From the IMG/VR virus record IMGVR_UViG_3300012932_000063: DNA of 29,457 nucleotides. One strand, given 5' to 3'. This document shows, piece after piece, positions 17,066 to 25,527 of this stretch (positions are counted from its first letter, which is position 1; every line of letters starts with the position of its first letter). This DNA comes from a virus. A program made the translations under genes and the position numbers. Under the pieces are notes generated by a model. It was not told where the DNA came from, searched no databases, and saw nothing but the letters and a program-made list of their open reading frames with translations.

Positions 17066-17914
17066 TTATTCATCATAATCGTCATCTGAGTAATCTTCAT
17101 CATCATAATTATCGTCAGAATCATCGTAGTCATCACCTGAATCGTCGTCGGAATAATCATCGCCAGAGTCATCATAGTCATCACCTGAATCGTCGTCGGA
17201 ATAATCATCGCCAGAGTCATCATAGTCATCACCTGAATCATCATAATTATCGTCATCTGAATCAGACCAATCATCGCCGGTATTATTATAAGCAGCAGAT
17301 GGATTGTTTATTGGCAATTTTCCGCGAATAACAGCAGCTTGAGCTTGCGCAAATTCCATGTTTATGCTGTTACAAGTATCTAAGAACTTACATAAAGTGT
17401 CTACGATTCGCATGAGGGCTTCAGGTGGTTCCTCGCGGATCATTTTCACTTCCCATTTAACAGTGGCACGGTAGTCTGTTTTGCGTTTCTTGTCTTCTGA
17501 CATACCTACAGAACCATGAACTTTTACAGTGGCACTGATAGGTCCAAAACCATATTTAGCACTACCCTCAAATCCACCTGAAGATTCCACATGTTTAGCT
17601 TCTTCTGTGCTGGTGCTAACATCCATAGAACCTGACACAGTTGCTTCGTGCATAAGAAACGGTGAGAGTTTACGAGATAAAACACGTGGCAAGTTAGCAC
17701 TATATCTCAAACCTTCATCCACACCTAAGATAGCCATTGCGGTATCTATGTCAAAATTAGGATGTTGAAAAGCACGATCAATAGTTGCTTCTGCAAGGTC
17801 TTCCAGGTGCATATTGCCAGCTGCCACTGCTTCACAAAACGCCATTATCTGGTCAGACATTAATCCGCTATAATTCGCTTCTCGTGCTACATTATCTGAT
17901 CCGTAATCAGCCAT
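17066..17914 (-). CDS. DUF2589-like protein with Asp-rich repetitive C-terminal tail
   Basis: LAEAT.D, GS.K.GFGPISA.V...GSV......R.TD.RA, EPPE.L.RIVD.L; tail of DDSGDDY repeats. Confidence 0.65.
   Translation of the reverse strand: MADYGSDNVAREANYSGLMSDQIMAFCEAVAAGNMHLEDLAEATIDRAFQHPNFDIDTAMAILGVDEGLRYSANLPRVLSRKLSPFLMHEATVSGSMDVSTSTEEAKHVESSGGFEGSAKYGFGPISATVKVHGSVGMSEDKKRKTDYRATVKWEVKMIREEPPEALMRIVDTLCKFLDTCNSINMEFAQAQAAVIRGKLPINNPSAAYNNTGDDWSDSDDDNYDDSGDDYDDSGDDYSDDDSGDDYDDSGDDYSDDDSGDDYDDSDDNYDDEDYSDDDYDE
17127..17239. repeat. exact 48-bp tandem repeat, about 2.3 copies, encoding DDSGDDYSDDDSGDDY
   Basis: Units start at 17127, 17175 and 17223. Confidence 0.9.
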
Positions 17915-17942
17915 AACAACTCTCCTTTATCGGTTAAAATAA

Positions 17943-18479
17943 TTAATTGTTAGTAGTATCTTCTTCGTTGTTTTCTTCTTCACTATTCTCAGTGCTGTTT
18001 TCTGTCATGGTAGGTCGCGATGCTTGTGTAACCCTATTTTGCAATTGTTTATGCAACTCTTGATTTGCTTCTTCTCTAATTAGTTCTAAGCCTTCCACTG
18101 GGTCCGTTCGCACCATGGTTAATTTCACTTTAAGATTTGAATGTGACTTGAATAATCCTACTTTTTTCAATGATATTTGCACATCAGGATTATCTGCGTC
18201 GCCAGTGTTTTCAAAACTCATGGGCGTATCAAACTCAAATTCAAGTGATTCAGGTACCATAGTATCTAAAACCCTTCTTAAAATCACAGGAACCGTTATA
18301 ACCGGTGTATTATCAAAAAGCTTAATCTTATCCGATTTGAACATGTATACACCATCGCCATCTGGATCCTCAAAATATTCCATAAATTTCTCATGTGCAG
18401 CGACAGCCATGCTATGTGCTAATTCAATAGGAATTTGACCAAGTGTATCCGCAATAAACTTTTTAAGGTTTATAGACAT
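17943..18479 (-). CDS. second DUF2589-like protein
   Basis: YF...K..KI.L....ITVPVI.......LEFEF...LKVKLTM...DPVEGLELI; Asn/Glu-rich tail. Confidence 0.55.
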   Translation of the reverse strand: MSINLKKFIADTLGQIPIELAHSMAVAAHEKFMEYFEDPDGDGVYMFKSDKIKLFDNTPVITVPVILRRVLDTMVPESLEFEFDTPMSFENTGDADNPDVQISLKKVGLFKSHSNLKVKLTMVRTDPVEGLELIREEANQELHKQLQNRVTQASRPTMTENSTENSEEENNEEDTTNN

Positions 18480-18494
18480 AGATAACCCCCTCTA

Positions 18495-18743
18495 TTAACT
18501 ATGTTTCATTCTTCTTTTTGATTTAGATTTGTATTTGGCAATACGTTCTAAAGCTTGTAACAAATTAGGTAGTGCTTGCAGCACATGCCAGATTGCAAGA
18601 ATCAATATGCTATGATGCAGTTTCATGAATAAATCATCAAACACAACAGTTAATAACAGAACAAGACCAATAGAACTTTGAAGATAAGGATTTCTTATGA
18701 TTCTTCGTATATGACGATGGTGTTTAAACAGGTGGTGTACCAT
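18495..18743 (-). CDS. small two-TM membrane protein with His residues
   Basis: NPYL...IGLVLLLT...HHSILILAIWHVL.ALP; start taken at MVHH (uncertain). Confidence 0.6.
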   Translation of the reverse strand: MVHHLFKHHRHIRRIIRNPYLQSSIGLVLLLTVVFDDLFMKLHHSILILAIWHVLQALPNLLQALERIAKYKSKSKRRMKHS

Positions 18744-19089
18744 AGGTGTTTTCATCTTCATTACCTTTAAGACAACCAAGAATGAAAATGCTTATGAAAA
18801 AACCTACTATTGGAATATAATTTAATGCAGTGAAAACACCTTGTTTGTCTAAATCATGCCAACGTTTAGTGTTTAGGGCCACATGCATCCAAATATAACA
18901 CACACCAATCAGTGTGCCTATAGTAAGATTATGAATGCTGAATATACCCCAAGACAGCTCATGCGGGATAGAAAAATGGAATATGCTACCTAAAACAACA
19001 GAGATAAAAACGGCAGTTAAATTACCTAACCACCAATATTTACGATTTATTCTACCTTCTAAACTAAATAACAATTTACATATATTCAT
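18724..19089 (-). CDS. DUF805 inner membrane protein
   Basis: FSLEGRINRKYWW, KRWHDLDK.G, IPIVG, KG....N.YG.PP. Confidence 0.88.
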   Translation of the reverse strand: MNICKLLFSLEGRINRKYWWLGNLTAVFISVVLGSIFHFSIPHELSWGIFSIHNLTIGTLIGVCYIWMHVALNTKRWHDLDKQGVFTALNYIPIVGFFISIFILGCLKGNEDENTYGTPPV

Positions 19090-19095
19090 AATAGA

Positions 19096-19455
19096 TTACC
19101 TGTGATGCTGAGAATGACCATGGGTTCCATGACCTTCTAACTTGTGAAGTTCTTCTCTAACAGCGTGTTGTGCAGCTTCAACTAATATCAAACACTTTTT
19201 TGAATCAGAAACACGATGTGCTTTATGAGTGTTTTCTTCAGCTTTTTCTATTGCCAAAAGCAGCTCATGCCCACCATGGCCTAATTCATGTATCAATCTC
19301 TTAAAATCAACGCCAGACGTTAATTTTCTAAGATCATTTGCAACCTTATGTATTTCTTCTATGCTACGTGCTTGGTTTAAATCTTGATGAGATTCTTCTA
19401 AAACTTTAGAAACATGATGTAAACTCTTAATATTATTTTCGTGCGGATGAACCAT
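19096..19455 (-). CDS. His-rich helical protein
   Basis: 18 His in 119 aa by hand count; amphipathic helices; LEGHGTHGHSQHHR tail; RBS AGGAG. Confidence 0.8.
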   Translation of the reverse strand: MVHPHENNIKSLHHVSKVLEESHQDLNQARSIEEIHKVANDLRKLTSGVDFKRLIHELGHGGHELLLAIEKAEENTHKAHRVSDSKKCLILVEAAQHAVREELHKLEGHGTHGHSQHHR

Positions 19456-19493
19456 AATTTAATTCTCCTGGTTTATGATGTTGCACTTCTTAA

Positions 19494-19736
19494 TCATTTA
19501 CGATGTCTAACAGCATTTTTTCTATGCAGATGTGAATGACTGCTATGTCCAGCATGATCAGAATGACCTTCTAATTCAAGAGTAACTTCCGATAATTTTT
19601 TCAAAGTTTCTTCTATCAACCCTAAACTGGGTTTGAGAATAGAAATGTCCTTTTTATGTTTAATAGCTTGTTCTATATCACCATGCAAATCTTCTAAACC
19701 CGCTTTGATAGCATGTAGTTCTCTTGGTGCTGACAT
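19494..19736 (-). CDS. His-rich helical-hairpin protein
   Basis: Two amphipathic helices plus LEGHSDHAGHSSHSHLH tail; RBS AGGAG. Confidence 0.78.
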   Translation of the reverse strand: MSAPRELHAIKAGLEDLHGDIEQAIKHKKDISILKPSLGLIEETLKKLSEVTLELEGHSDHAGHSSHSHLHRKNAVRHRK

Positions 19737-19747
19737 AATAATATCTC

Positions 19748-20017
19748 CTATGTTAAGTATCTCTTAACTGCTAAAATTAATATTGTGGAATATATAATGT
19801 TAATCACAATATTCAAAATATAAGCTCTGATTATTTTCCCTTGGATCTTAGACGTTTCAGATTCTATAAATTCATCAATTTTATCTTCAAGGGTTTGTAC
19901 TTCCTTGTTGATAACTTTTTCAACACCTTCTAATAACTTGTCGGTCAAAATATTGGCTTCCACCACTATAGGTGTTAATACCATTAATATTAATATACAG
20001 GATAAAATACGTGTCAT
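19748..20017 (-). CDS. small protein with signal/TM segment, coiled coil and C-terminal TM
   Basis: Hydrophobic termini around an acidic heptad region; RBS AAGGAG. Confidence 0.7.
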   Translation of the reverse strand: MTRILSCILILMVLTPIVVEANILTDKLLEGVEKVINKEVQTLEDKIDEFIESETSKIQGKIIRAYILNIVINIIYSTILILAVKRYLT

Positions 20018-20032
20018 TTTGTATCTCCTTTT

Positions 20033-20740
20033 CTAAAATTCTATTCTTAAGGCATGTTTCCAATTCCAATGCCAGTGTTGTCTCTCTAAAAATTCAATGT
20101 CAGTTCTATAATTGATAACGCCTGAAACTTCAAAATAAATCTTGTCCATAAAAAGAAAACGGCCTATGGGTATGCTCCACACAGGCAGTAGGCGTATTTC
20201 ATAATCTCCAAAATCATGTTCTGGTAAATATTCACAGAAGATAGAAAATTTAGAAATTCTTAACTCAACATGTGCTTGTGGACCATATTCCAAAGAAGTG
20301 TCTACATCTATATCAGATGATAATTCTTCTTGTGATAACCAAGTTCCAACACCACCGTTGATTTCAAAATTTTCAGAATCAATGATGTCTACATGCAGAT
20401 AAGCACCACCATGCCACAAAGATTCAAGAGAGTGCAAAGTGTCTTTATCAAAACGAGCATATCCTCGTAGACCTAATCTGTTTTTATGATAACCACCTTC
20501 TATTCTTGAACGGACAAAATATGCGCTTTGAGCATTAATTTCATGTAATTGTCTTAACTCACCACCTATATATCCATTAACAAAATTTAAAGGATAACTA
20601 GCAGATGCCGCAAAAGTATGATAATCTTTCGTACCATCTGTCCGCAACGAAAAGTTTAATCCATCACCAACATAAAATTCTGCTGCAATAGGCATTGACA
20701 GCAAAGTGATTAAACAACAACAACTTAAAACCAATTTCAT
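20033..20740 (-). CDS. outer-membrane beta-barrel protein (DUF481-like)
   Basis: ATG 20740 behind AAGGAG; signal peptide MKLVLSCCCLITLLSMPIAA; alternating amphipathic strands; C-terminal ALRIEF beta-signal. Confidence 0.7.
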   Translation of the reverse strand: MKLVLSCCCLITLLSMPIAAEFYVGDGLNFSLRTDGTKDYHTFAASASYPLNFVNGYIGGELRQLHEINAQSAYFVRSRIEGGYHKNRLGLRGYARFDKDTLHSLESLWHGGAYLHVDIIDSENFEINGGVGTWLSQEELSSDIDVDTSLEYGPQAHVELRISKFSIFCEYLPEHDFGDYEIRLLPVWSIPIGRFLFMDKIYFEVSGVINYRTDIEFLERQHWHWNWKHALRIEF

Positions 20741-20750
20741 AATTATCTCC

Positions 20751-21371
20751 TTAGTTATGACCGTGTCCATGACCACCATGACCACTATGATCATCATGGT
20801 GATGGCTATGATCTCCATGGCTACCACTGTGTCCACTATCATGACCGCCATGGTGACCAGCAGGTGCACCAGCATGACCTCCATGTCCATGGTGACCGTG
20901 TCCACCATGTGTGCCACCTTGATGACCTAAATGTGCACCAACATGACTTCCACCATGACTTCCACCATGTGCACTTTCATGTGAACCATCATGATCGTTA
21001 GATTTGTCAATACAATTTTTTAATATGCGTTTTACCTCAATTAGTGCGAGTGAAATAAGTTCAAATCTGTGTTGATAGTCACTGTCTAATTTGCTCAGAT
21101 CAGCTAATGCTTTTGCTATATGATCTAAGATTTGATGAATTTCATGTTCTTCCACTTCTATAGAATCATAAACAATGTGTCCGTGGTGTTCAACATGATG
21201 GACAGGATGTTGTAACTCTGTAACAATATTAGCGGCTTGTGATATATTTCCTTTTATAGCACGCATAATGTGAGGAGTACTATCCATAGAAAGGCATCTT
21301 TGTCGAGCTTCTTCTATTTTATGCAGTGCTTTTTCCATCTCCTCTTGTTTTAAGATAATTTTGTGTGGCAT
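20751..21371 (-). CDS. His-rich protein: two helical hairpins and a long Gly/His/Ser tail
   Basis: Start MPHKIIL behind AAGGA; tail of HGGSHGGSH/HGGHGHHGHGGH repeats. Confidence 0.8.
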   Translation of the reverse strand: MPHKIILKQEEMEKALHKIEEARQRCLSMDSTPHIMRAIKGNISQAANIVTELQHPVHHVEHHGHIVYDSIEVEEHEIHQILDHIAKALADLSKLDSDYQHRFELISLALIEVKRILKNCIDKSNDHDGSHESAHGGSHGGSHVGAHLGHQGGTHGGHGHHGHGGHAGAPAGHHGGHDSGHSGSHGDHSHHHDDHSGHGGHGHGHN

Positions 21372-21390
21372 GAAAATATCCTTTTCACAA

Positions 21391-21915
21391 TCATTGATGC
21401 GAACTATGCTTTTTCCTGTGTGGCACCGATGGACCATCTTCACTATAGTGGAGATGATGTTTGGTTTGACTAAGATGCGGATGCATTTTGTGTAGAATTC
21501 TATGTGCTTTTTCTATATCCTGGTGAATAACACCAACATGCGCAGCCACTTTGCGTCCCATATCTGCTAGTATTTTCAAACCTTTTTCTACAAGTTCATA
21601 TATCTCATAAAATTTATCATCCTCTAATTGAGTTAAAGGATTATGAGTGTGTTTTATACCAAGTTCTTGATTTGTGGGTTCATGACCTGGAGAGTGTTTA
21701 TGTGATTTGGCACCATGATGCGCTTGATGGGGGTGATGATCCCTAACTATTTCTACATATTGAGGATATATCTTTTTAAGTAGAGAAATAGCATGTCCCA
21801 CATCTCTTATTAACTCCTTAAATCTTGGTGTAGGATGTTCAATAGATTTAAGGCGTTCTAAAGCACGAGAAAGAATATGTATAACCTCATCTATTTGCAG
21901 CTGATTAACTTTCAC
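21391..21915 (-). CDS. His-rich protein with two helical hairpins
   Basis: TPRFKELIRDVGHAISLL and GVIHQDIEKAHRIL units joined by His-rich linkers. Confidence 0.8.
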   Translation of the reverse strand: MKVNQLQIDEVIHILSRALERLKSIEHPTPRFKELIRDVGHAISLLKKIYPQYVEIVRDHHPHQAHHGAKSHKHSPGHEPTNQELGIKHTHNPLTQLEDDKFYEIYELVEKGLKILADMGRKVAAHVGVIHQDIEKAHRILHKMHPHLSQTKHHLHYSEDGPSVPHRKKHSSHQ

Positions 21916-22223
21916 TATAATATTCCTTCAGAAAATGAAGATACTCTTAAAGCGGATATTTCTCTGTATAATCCTTTGTAGTTCTTCAATTTATAGATTG
22001 TATCACCTGACAGGTTTTCACCATTAAACATGGTTACTTTACCTTTTTCGTCGTATGTAAAATGGACAGATGCGCCCACCATCATCCCAAAAGGTACATG
22101 TATTTCTTCAATAACATCATTAGGAAAATCGCCATGATGATTTCCTTGTGATGCTTTATAATCTCCTGGTCCCAATTCTTTGCTATGGCGACCATTATCC
22201 CATACTATTTTTACCTTAGACAT
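21915..22223 (-). CDS. beta/gamma-crystallin-like (Greek key) protein
   Basis: LGPGDY...PND.I..I.VP.G..V....H..Y...and ISALRV match the two-motif crystallin pattern. Confidence 0.55.
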   Translation of the reverse strand: MSKVKIVWDNGRHSKELGPGDYKASQGNHHGDFPNDVIEEIHVPFGMMVGASVHFTYDEKGKVTMFNGENLSGDTIYKLKNYKGLYREISALRVSSFSEGIL

Positions 22224-22232
22224 AATATCTCC

Positions 22233-22787
22233 TTAACTATGATGCCGACGCTTCTTCTTAGGAATAGGCGGTGGTGTTTCACTACCAGAATGATGAGAAT
22301 GATGACCAGGTGAATGACCTGAATGATCAGCATGCTCATCCACAATTTCTATATGAATCAGATCGTCTAATAATGCTATAAGATGATGGATATCTGAGAT
22401 AAGACGTTCTACCTCAGGCGTTTTGTTATGATGCTTCAAAGCATCATTAGCAAGATTCACCTGTTTATCTGCATCTCTTAGGGCTTTCACACTTACACTT
22501 GAATGATGACCACCATGTGTAGGTTCAAGATGTTCTAAAATGCCTTGTGCGACAGCAAGATGCTGTGAAATGACATTAATTTTATCTAATTTATGAGCAT
22601 GCGATGCTAATTTCTCCGCTTTGTCCACGGCTCTCTGGCATGTGGCAAAAGCCTCACTCATCTGTTCTGAATTGACAAGCTTGTGAGAACTATCTGGGCT
22701 ATGTGAAGAATGATGAGCATCCTTATGCGCATGTGTAGAACGATAAGGTGCAGGCTTATGAGGTGGTTTACGTTTACCGTGTGCCAT
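22233..22787 (-). CDS. His-rich protein with two helical hairpins
   Basis: 29 His in 184 aa by hand count; first gene after the promoter; RBS AAGGAG. Confidence 0.82.
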   Translation of the reverse strand: MAHGKRKPPHKPAPYRSTHAHKDAHHSSHSPDSSHKLVNSEQMSEAFATCQRAVDKAEKLASHAHKLDKINVISQHLAVAQGILEHLEPTHGGHHSSVSVKALRDADKQVNLANDALKHHNKTPEVERLISDIHHLIALLDDLIHIEIVDEHADHSGHSPGHHSHHSGSETPPPIPKKKRRHHS

Positions 22788-22820
22788 ACTTTTTCTCCTT
22801 TTCCTTAAATTATAATAAAC

Positions 22821-22849
22821 AATTTACCACAAAAACTTCATAACGTCAA
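22821..22849 (-). promoter_or_regulatory. sigma70-type promoter for the His-rich cluster
   Basis: TTGACG (22849-22844), 17 bp, TAAATT (22826-22821) with TGn; a second TATAAT at 22814-22809. Confidence 0.65.
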
Positions 22850-22856
22850 GGTTTTT

Positions 22857-23690
22857 TTAGAGTTTAAATCCAATATCTGTAAAAAATTGTACCATATCAG
22901 TGTCCGTGATTATATTATCTAATACAGATACAAATTGAGGTGTTGAAAGAGGTGTATACGGATGAACACTATCAAACACTTTGCCAAAAGTACCAGGCCA
23001 CGTATCTTCAATATATTTAACAACCGTATATGAGTATCTATAGCACCATTGTGTTAAATCCGCTTGCGCATAAATACCTTGACCTTCTGTCCAATTTTGA
23101 ATAGCATTAACACCTTGTTTATCTTTACGTATTTTCTCTGTCAAAGAGGCAAACGCAGGATGTGCAGGCACCTCTGTATACATGTTTTCATTTAATACTG
23201 CAAAACCTTCATCTACCCATACTGGTAAATGAAACGGTGCTATAAAACTATGAGTTAATTCATGTGCCCTTACAAATTCTTTATCAAACATCACATAAGG
23301 AAAATGCATACTTAATTTAGAAATCATACCGTTCTGATAATCAACATCGGTATAAGCAATATTTGTAGAACCTCTTAATAATTTATGTATAGTTACATGT
23401 ATTTGATGATCAGGTTTAAAATGAAACCTGTCATAAAAATTCTGAAATAATTTGTCCATGTTCGTTAAAGCATTTTCTTTATAATTGTCTCGCTTTTGTT
23501 GCGTGTCAAATAATTTATCAGATTTAATATCTTCAGCATAATCTAAACTAAAATGCACACTATTAACATTATCTAATTTAACATCATCCATAATAGGTTT
23601 GCCTTCATCACCACAACCATCTAAAATCGTAATGCCAATAAATATGCAAATAGGTATTATTAAAATTACCAAACAACTTAAGTTTTTCAT
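22857..23690 (-). CDS. lipoprotein zinc metallopeptidase (peptidase MA/gluzincin-like)
   Basis: Signal ending LDGC; AHELTH...PVWVDEGFA; Y.YSY.VVKYI. Start MKNLS behind GAGG. Confidence 0.8.
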   Translation of the reverse strand: MKNLSCLVILIIPICIFIGITILDGCGDEGKPIMDDVKLDNVNSVHFSLDYAEDIKSDKLFDTQQKRDNYKENALTNMDKLFQNFYDRFHFKPDHQIHVTIHKLLRGSTNIAYTDVDYQNGMISKLSMHFPYVMFDKEFVRAHELTHSFIAPFHLPVWVDEGFAVLNENMYTEVPAHPAFASLTEKIRKDKQGVNAIQNWTEGQGIYAQADLTQWCYRYSYTVVKYIEDTWPGTFGKVFDSVHPYTPLSTPQFVSVLDNIITDTDMVQFFTDIGFKL

Positions 23691-23703
23691 AAATAGCCTC
23701 ATA

Positions 23704-24000
23704 TTATAATCTTAAATCACCAATTAAAGGGCCCGTTATAGTCTCAAGATATTCAGCATAAGCTTTTACACCTGCTGTACTAGCTGTCATACGATATTCC
23801 CAACCACCTGGGAAAGCTCTTTGTTTTATATCATCAGTAAATGTAAAAACATCTTCCCAGTTTTCGCTTGTATCAGGTGGTTTTTTCTGTAATTTTACAG
23901 TTGCACTACCAACAGAACCTATAATACCAATTGAAAACCATATAACAGGTTTTATAGTTTTACCACTTGTAGTTTCGTCATTGTCTAATAGTAATACCAT
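23704..24000 (-). CDS. small beta-rich, probable virion protein
   Basis: G...SATVKLQ......NWEDV pattern; lies in the structural gene run. Confidence 0.55.
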   Translation of the reverse strand: MVLLLDNDETTSGKTIKPVIWFSIGIIGSVGSATVKLQKKPPDTSENWEDVFTFTDDIKQRAFPGGWEYRMTASTAGVKAYAEYLETITGPLIGDLRL

Positions 24001-24028
24001 ACAACACCTTCCTTATCAAAAAAATTAA

Positions 24029-24415
24029 TTAAAAATCGGAACCTTGAATAATAAGGGGCTCAGAGTTTAATCCGTCTTTTACTGCAACAATTTCTAAATT
24101 TTCAAATACAACATTTTGCTGACTAATAGTAACACCCTCATATTGTTGTCCGTTATTTGATGTATTAAGTACGGAAAGATTTGGATTTGTTGCGCCTATA
24201 CGATATGTCAGTTTAAAATTATACATGTCAGGTGCACCTTCAGATGAATGTGTAACAAATATAAGAATCGACACACCTTGTGTCACAACTGTTGTAGTAA
24301 TCGTTGCAGCAGCAGGCGGCAAAGGATTCTCTGCAATTAATGCGGCAACATCTGCATCAAATGGTCTGCTGAATGGTCTGTCAAAACCAAAATTAAAATC
24401 ACGATTAAAACTCAT
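24029..24415 (-). CDS. hypothetical probable virion protein
   Basis: N-terminal F-x-R-x-F repeats followed by a beta-rich domain. Confidence 0.6.
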   Translation of the reverse strand: MSFNRDFNFGFDRPFSRPFDADVAALIAENPLPPAAATITTTVVTQGVSILIFVTHSSEGAPDMYNFKLTYRIGATNPNLSVLNTSNNGQQYEGVTISQQNVVFENLEIVAVKDGLNSEPLIIQGSDF

Positions 24416-25527
24416 GATACATCAAACTCCTTACCAAACGCTTCTTGACCTGTGCCATAATTATCATCATAAGTTACACGCGCTCTATATACACCTATTC
24501 CAGGTATATTCCAGTTTTGTTGTAAACTGGCTATATCTTTCCAATCGCCGTCTTGATCTTGGGTTTGCCAATAATAACTAATATTGGTTACACCACCATC
24601 ATAATCTACAATAGATCCTTCTATAGATTGACCAGTCATAGGATTATCATTATTATATGAAATTATACCTGGTTGATTCTTTACAATCCATGAATCATCT
24701 GTGGCATCATAATTAGCAGGATAATCATATCTTTCATCAGCATTTTGAATAACTTGTGCTAAGACTTTTCTGACAACATCACTTGGTGAAGTAAGATTTC
24801 TTGTTTCCACCCAAATTGCAGCGAACGCAAACCCGTTAGGATGTGCAGTTGCCATAATACGAAGATTACGAAACAACTCTAACGAATCACTAATAGTGCT
24901 TGGGCCTTGAGAAGCTTCTAACGCCATCTGACGCACAATCAATGGATCTATGTCAGGATTTTGAAAAAATCTCTTAATAACACTATCAGCACGACTTAAT
25001 ATTCTACCTAAATGATTGCCTATATCATCCATCAAATGCTGATATTCCAATGCCATTTTATTCCAAGAAATCAATTGATCTCTCCATTGTTTAATAGCAT
25101 CAACAGCTAATTCCTGTTTCTTGGCATAAGACATATCCGTAGGTAACCAATCTGGCACTTCAGTGGGTGTTTCATCGCCAGGAGTTTCACCAGGCGCACC
25201 ATATATTTCTTGCGGCGGTGTAACATTAATTTCTATAGAAGAAGATTCAGGTAAGAAAGCATCATCAGAAATAGCAGCAACTATTTTCGCGTATAAATCG
25301 CCCTTTTCATAAAAATATTCATATAAGTTATCTGATAACCCATTATTAGAACTACCAGCACCTATATCAAAAGCATTACGAAAATCATAATCAGACACTA
25401 CATCAGCATTATTTATGACCCTCTTGATGATGATTCTTTTGTCCACAGGCACCCTTATTTTTTTAACAACAGGTATATTGGGGTAATCTCCCTGTTTAAC
25501 ATACTGTATTTCTAAGATAGTGGCCAT
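24412..25527 (-). CDS. probable virion/tail protein with C-terminal Ig-like domain
   Basis: P..GQSI...IVD.DGGVTNISYYWQ...WKDI...YRARVTYDD..G is an Ig-like repeat pattern. Confidence 0.6.
   Translation of the reverse strand: MATILEIQYVKQGDYPNIPVVKKIRVPVDKRIIIKRVINNADVVSDYDFRNAFDIGAGSSNNGLSDNLYEYFYEKGDLYAKIVAAISDDAFLPESSSIEINVTPPQEIYGAPGETPGDETPTEVPDWLPTDMSYAKKQELAVDAIKQWRDQLISWNKMALEYQHLMDDIGNHLGRILSRADSVIKRFFQNPDIDPLIVRQMALEASQGPSTISDSLELFRNLRIMATAHPNGFAFAAIWVETRNLTSPSDVVRKVLAQVIQNADERYDYPANYDATDDSWIVKNQPGIISYNNDNPMTGQSIEGSIVDYDGGVTNISYYWQTQDQDGDWKDIASLQQNWNIPGIGVYRARVTYDDNYGTGQEAFGKEFDVS

Noticed and set aside
17127-17239. Possible CRISPR array
   Set aside because: Contiguous in-frame coding tandem repeat with no unique spacers; no cas genes in the window.
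17044-17274. 76-aa Met/Ile/Thr-rich ORF
   Set aside because: Frame shadow of the Asp repeat.
20741-20930. Met/Val/Thr-rich N-terminal extension of the barrel ORF and the + ORF 20706-20930
   Set aside because: Alternative-frame readings of the His/Gly repeat; the true start at 20740 has an RBS and a signal peptide.
22857-25527. Host assignment to a sponge-symbiont lineage from lipoprotein and Ig-like sequence style
   Set aside because: Impression only; it cannot be supported without a homology search.
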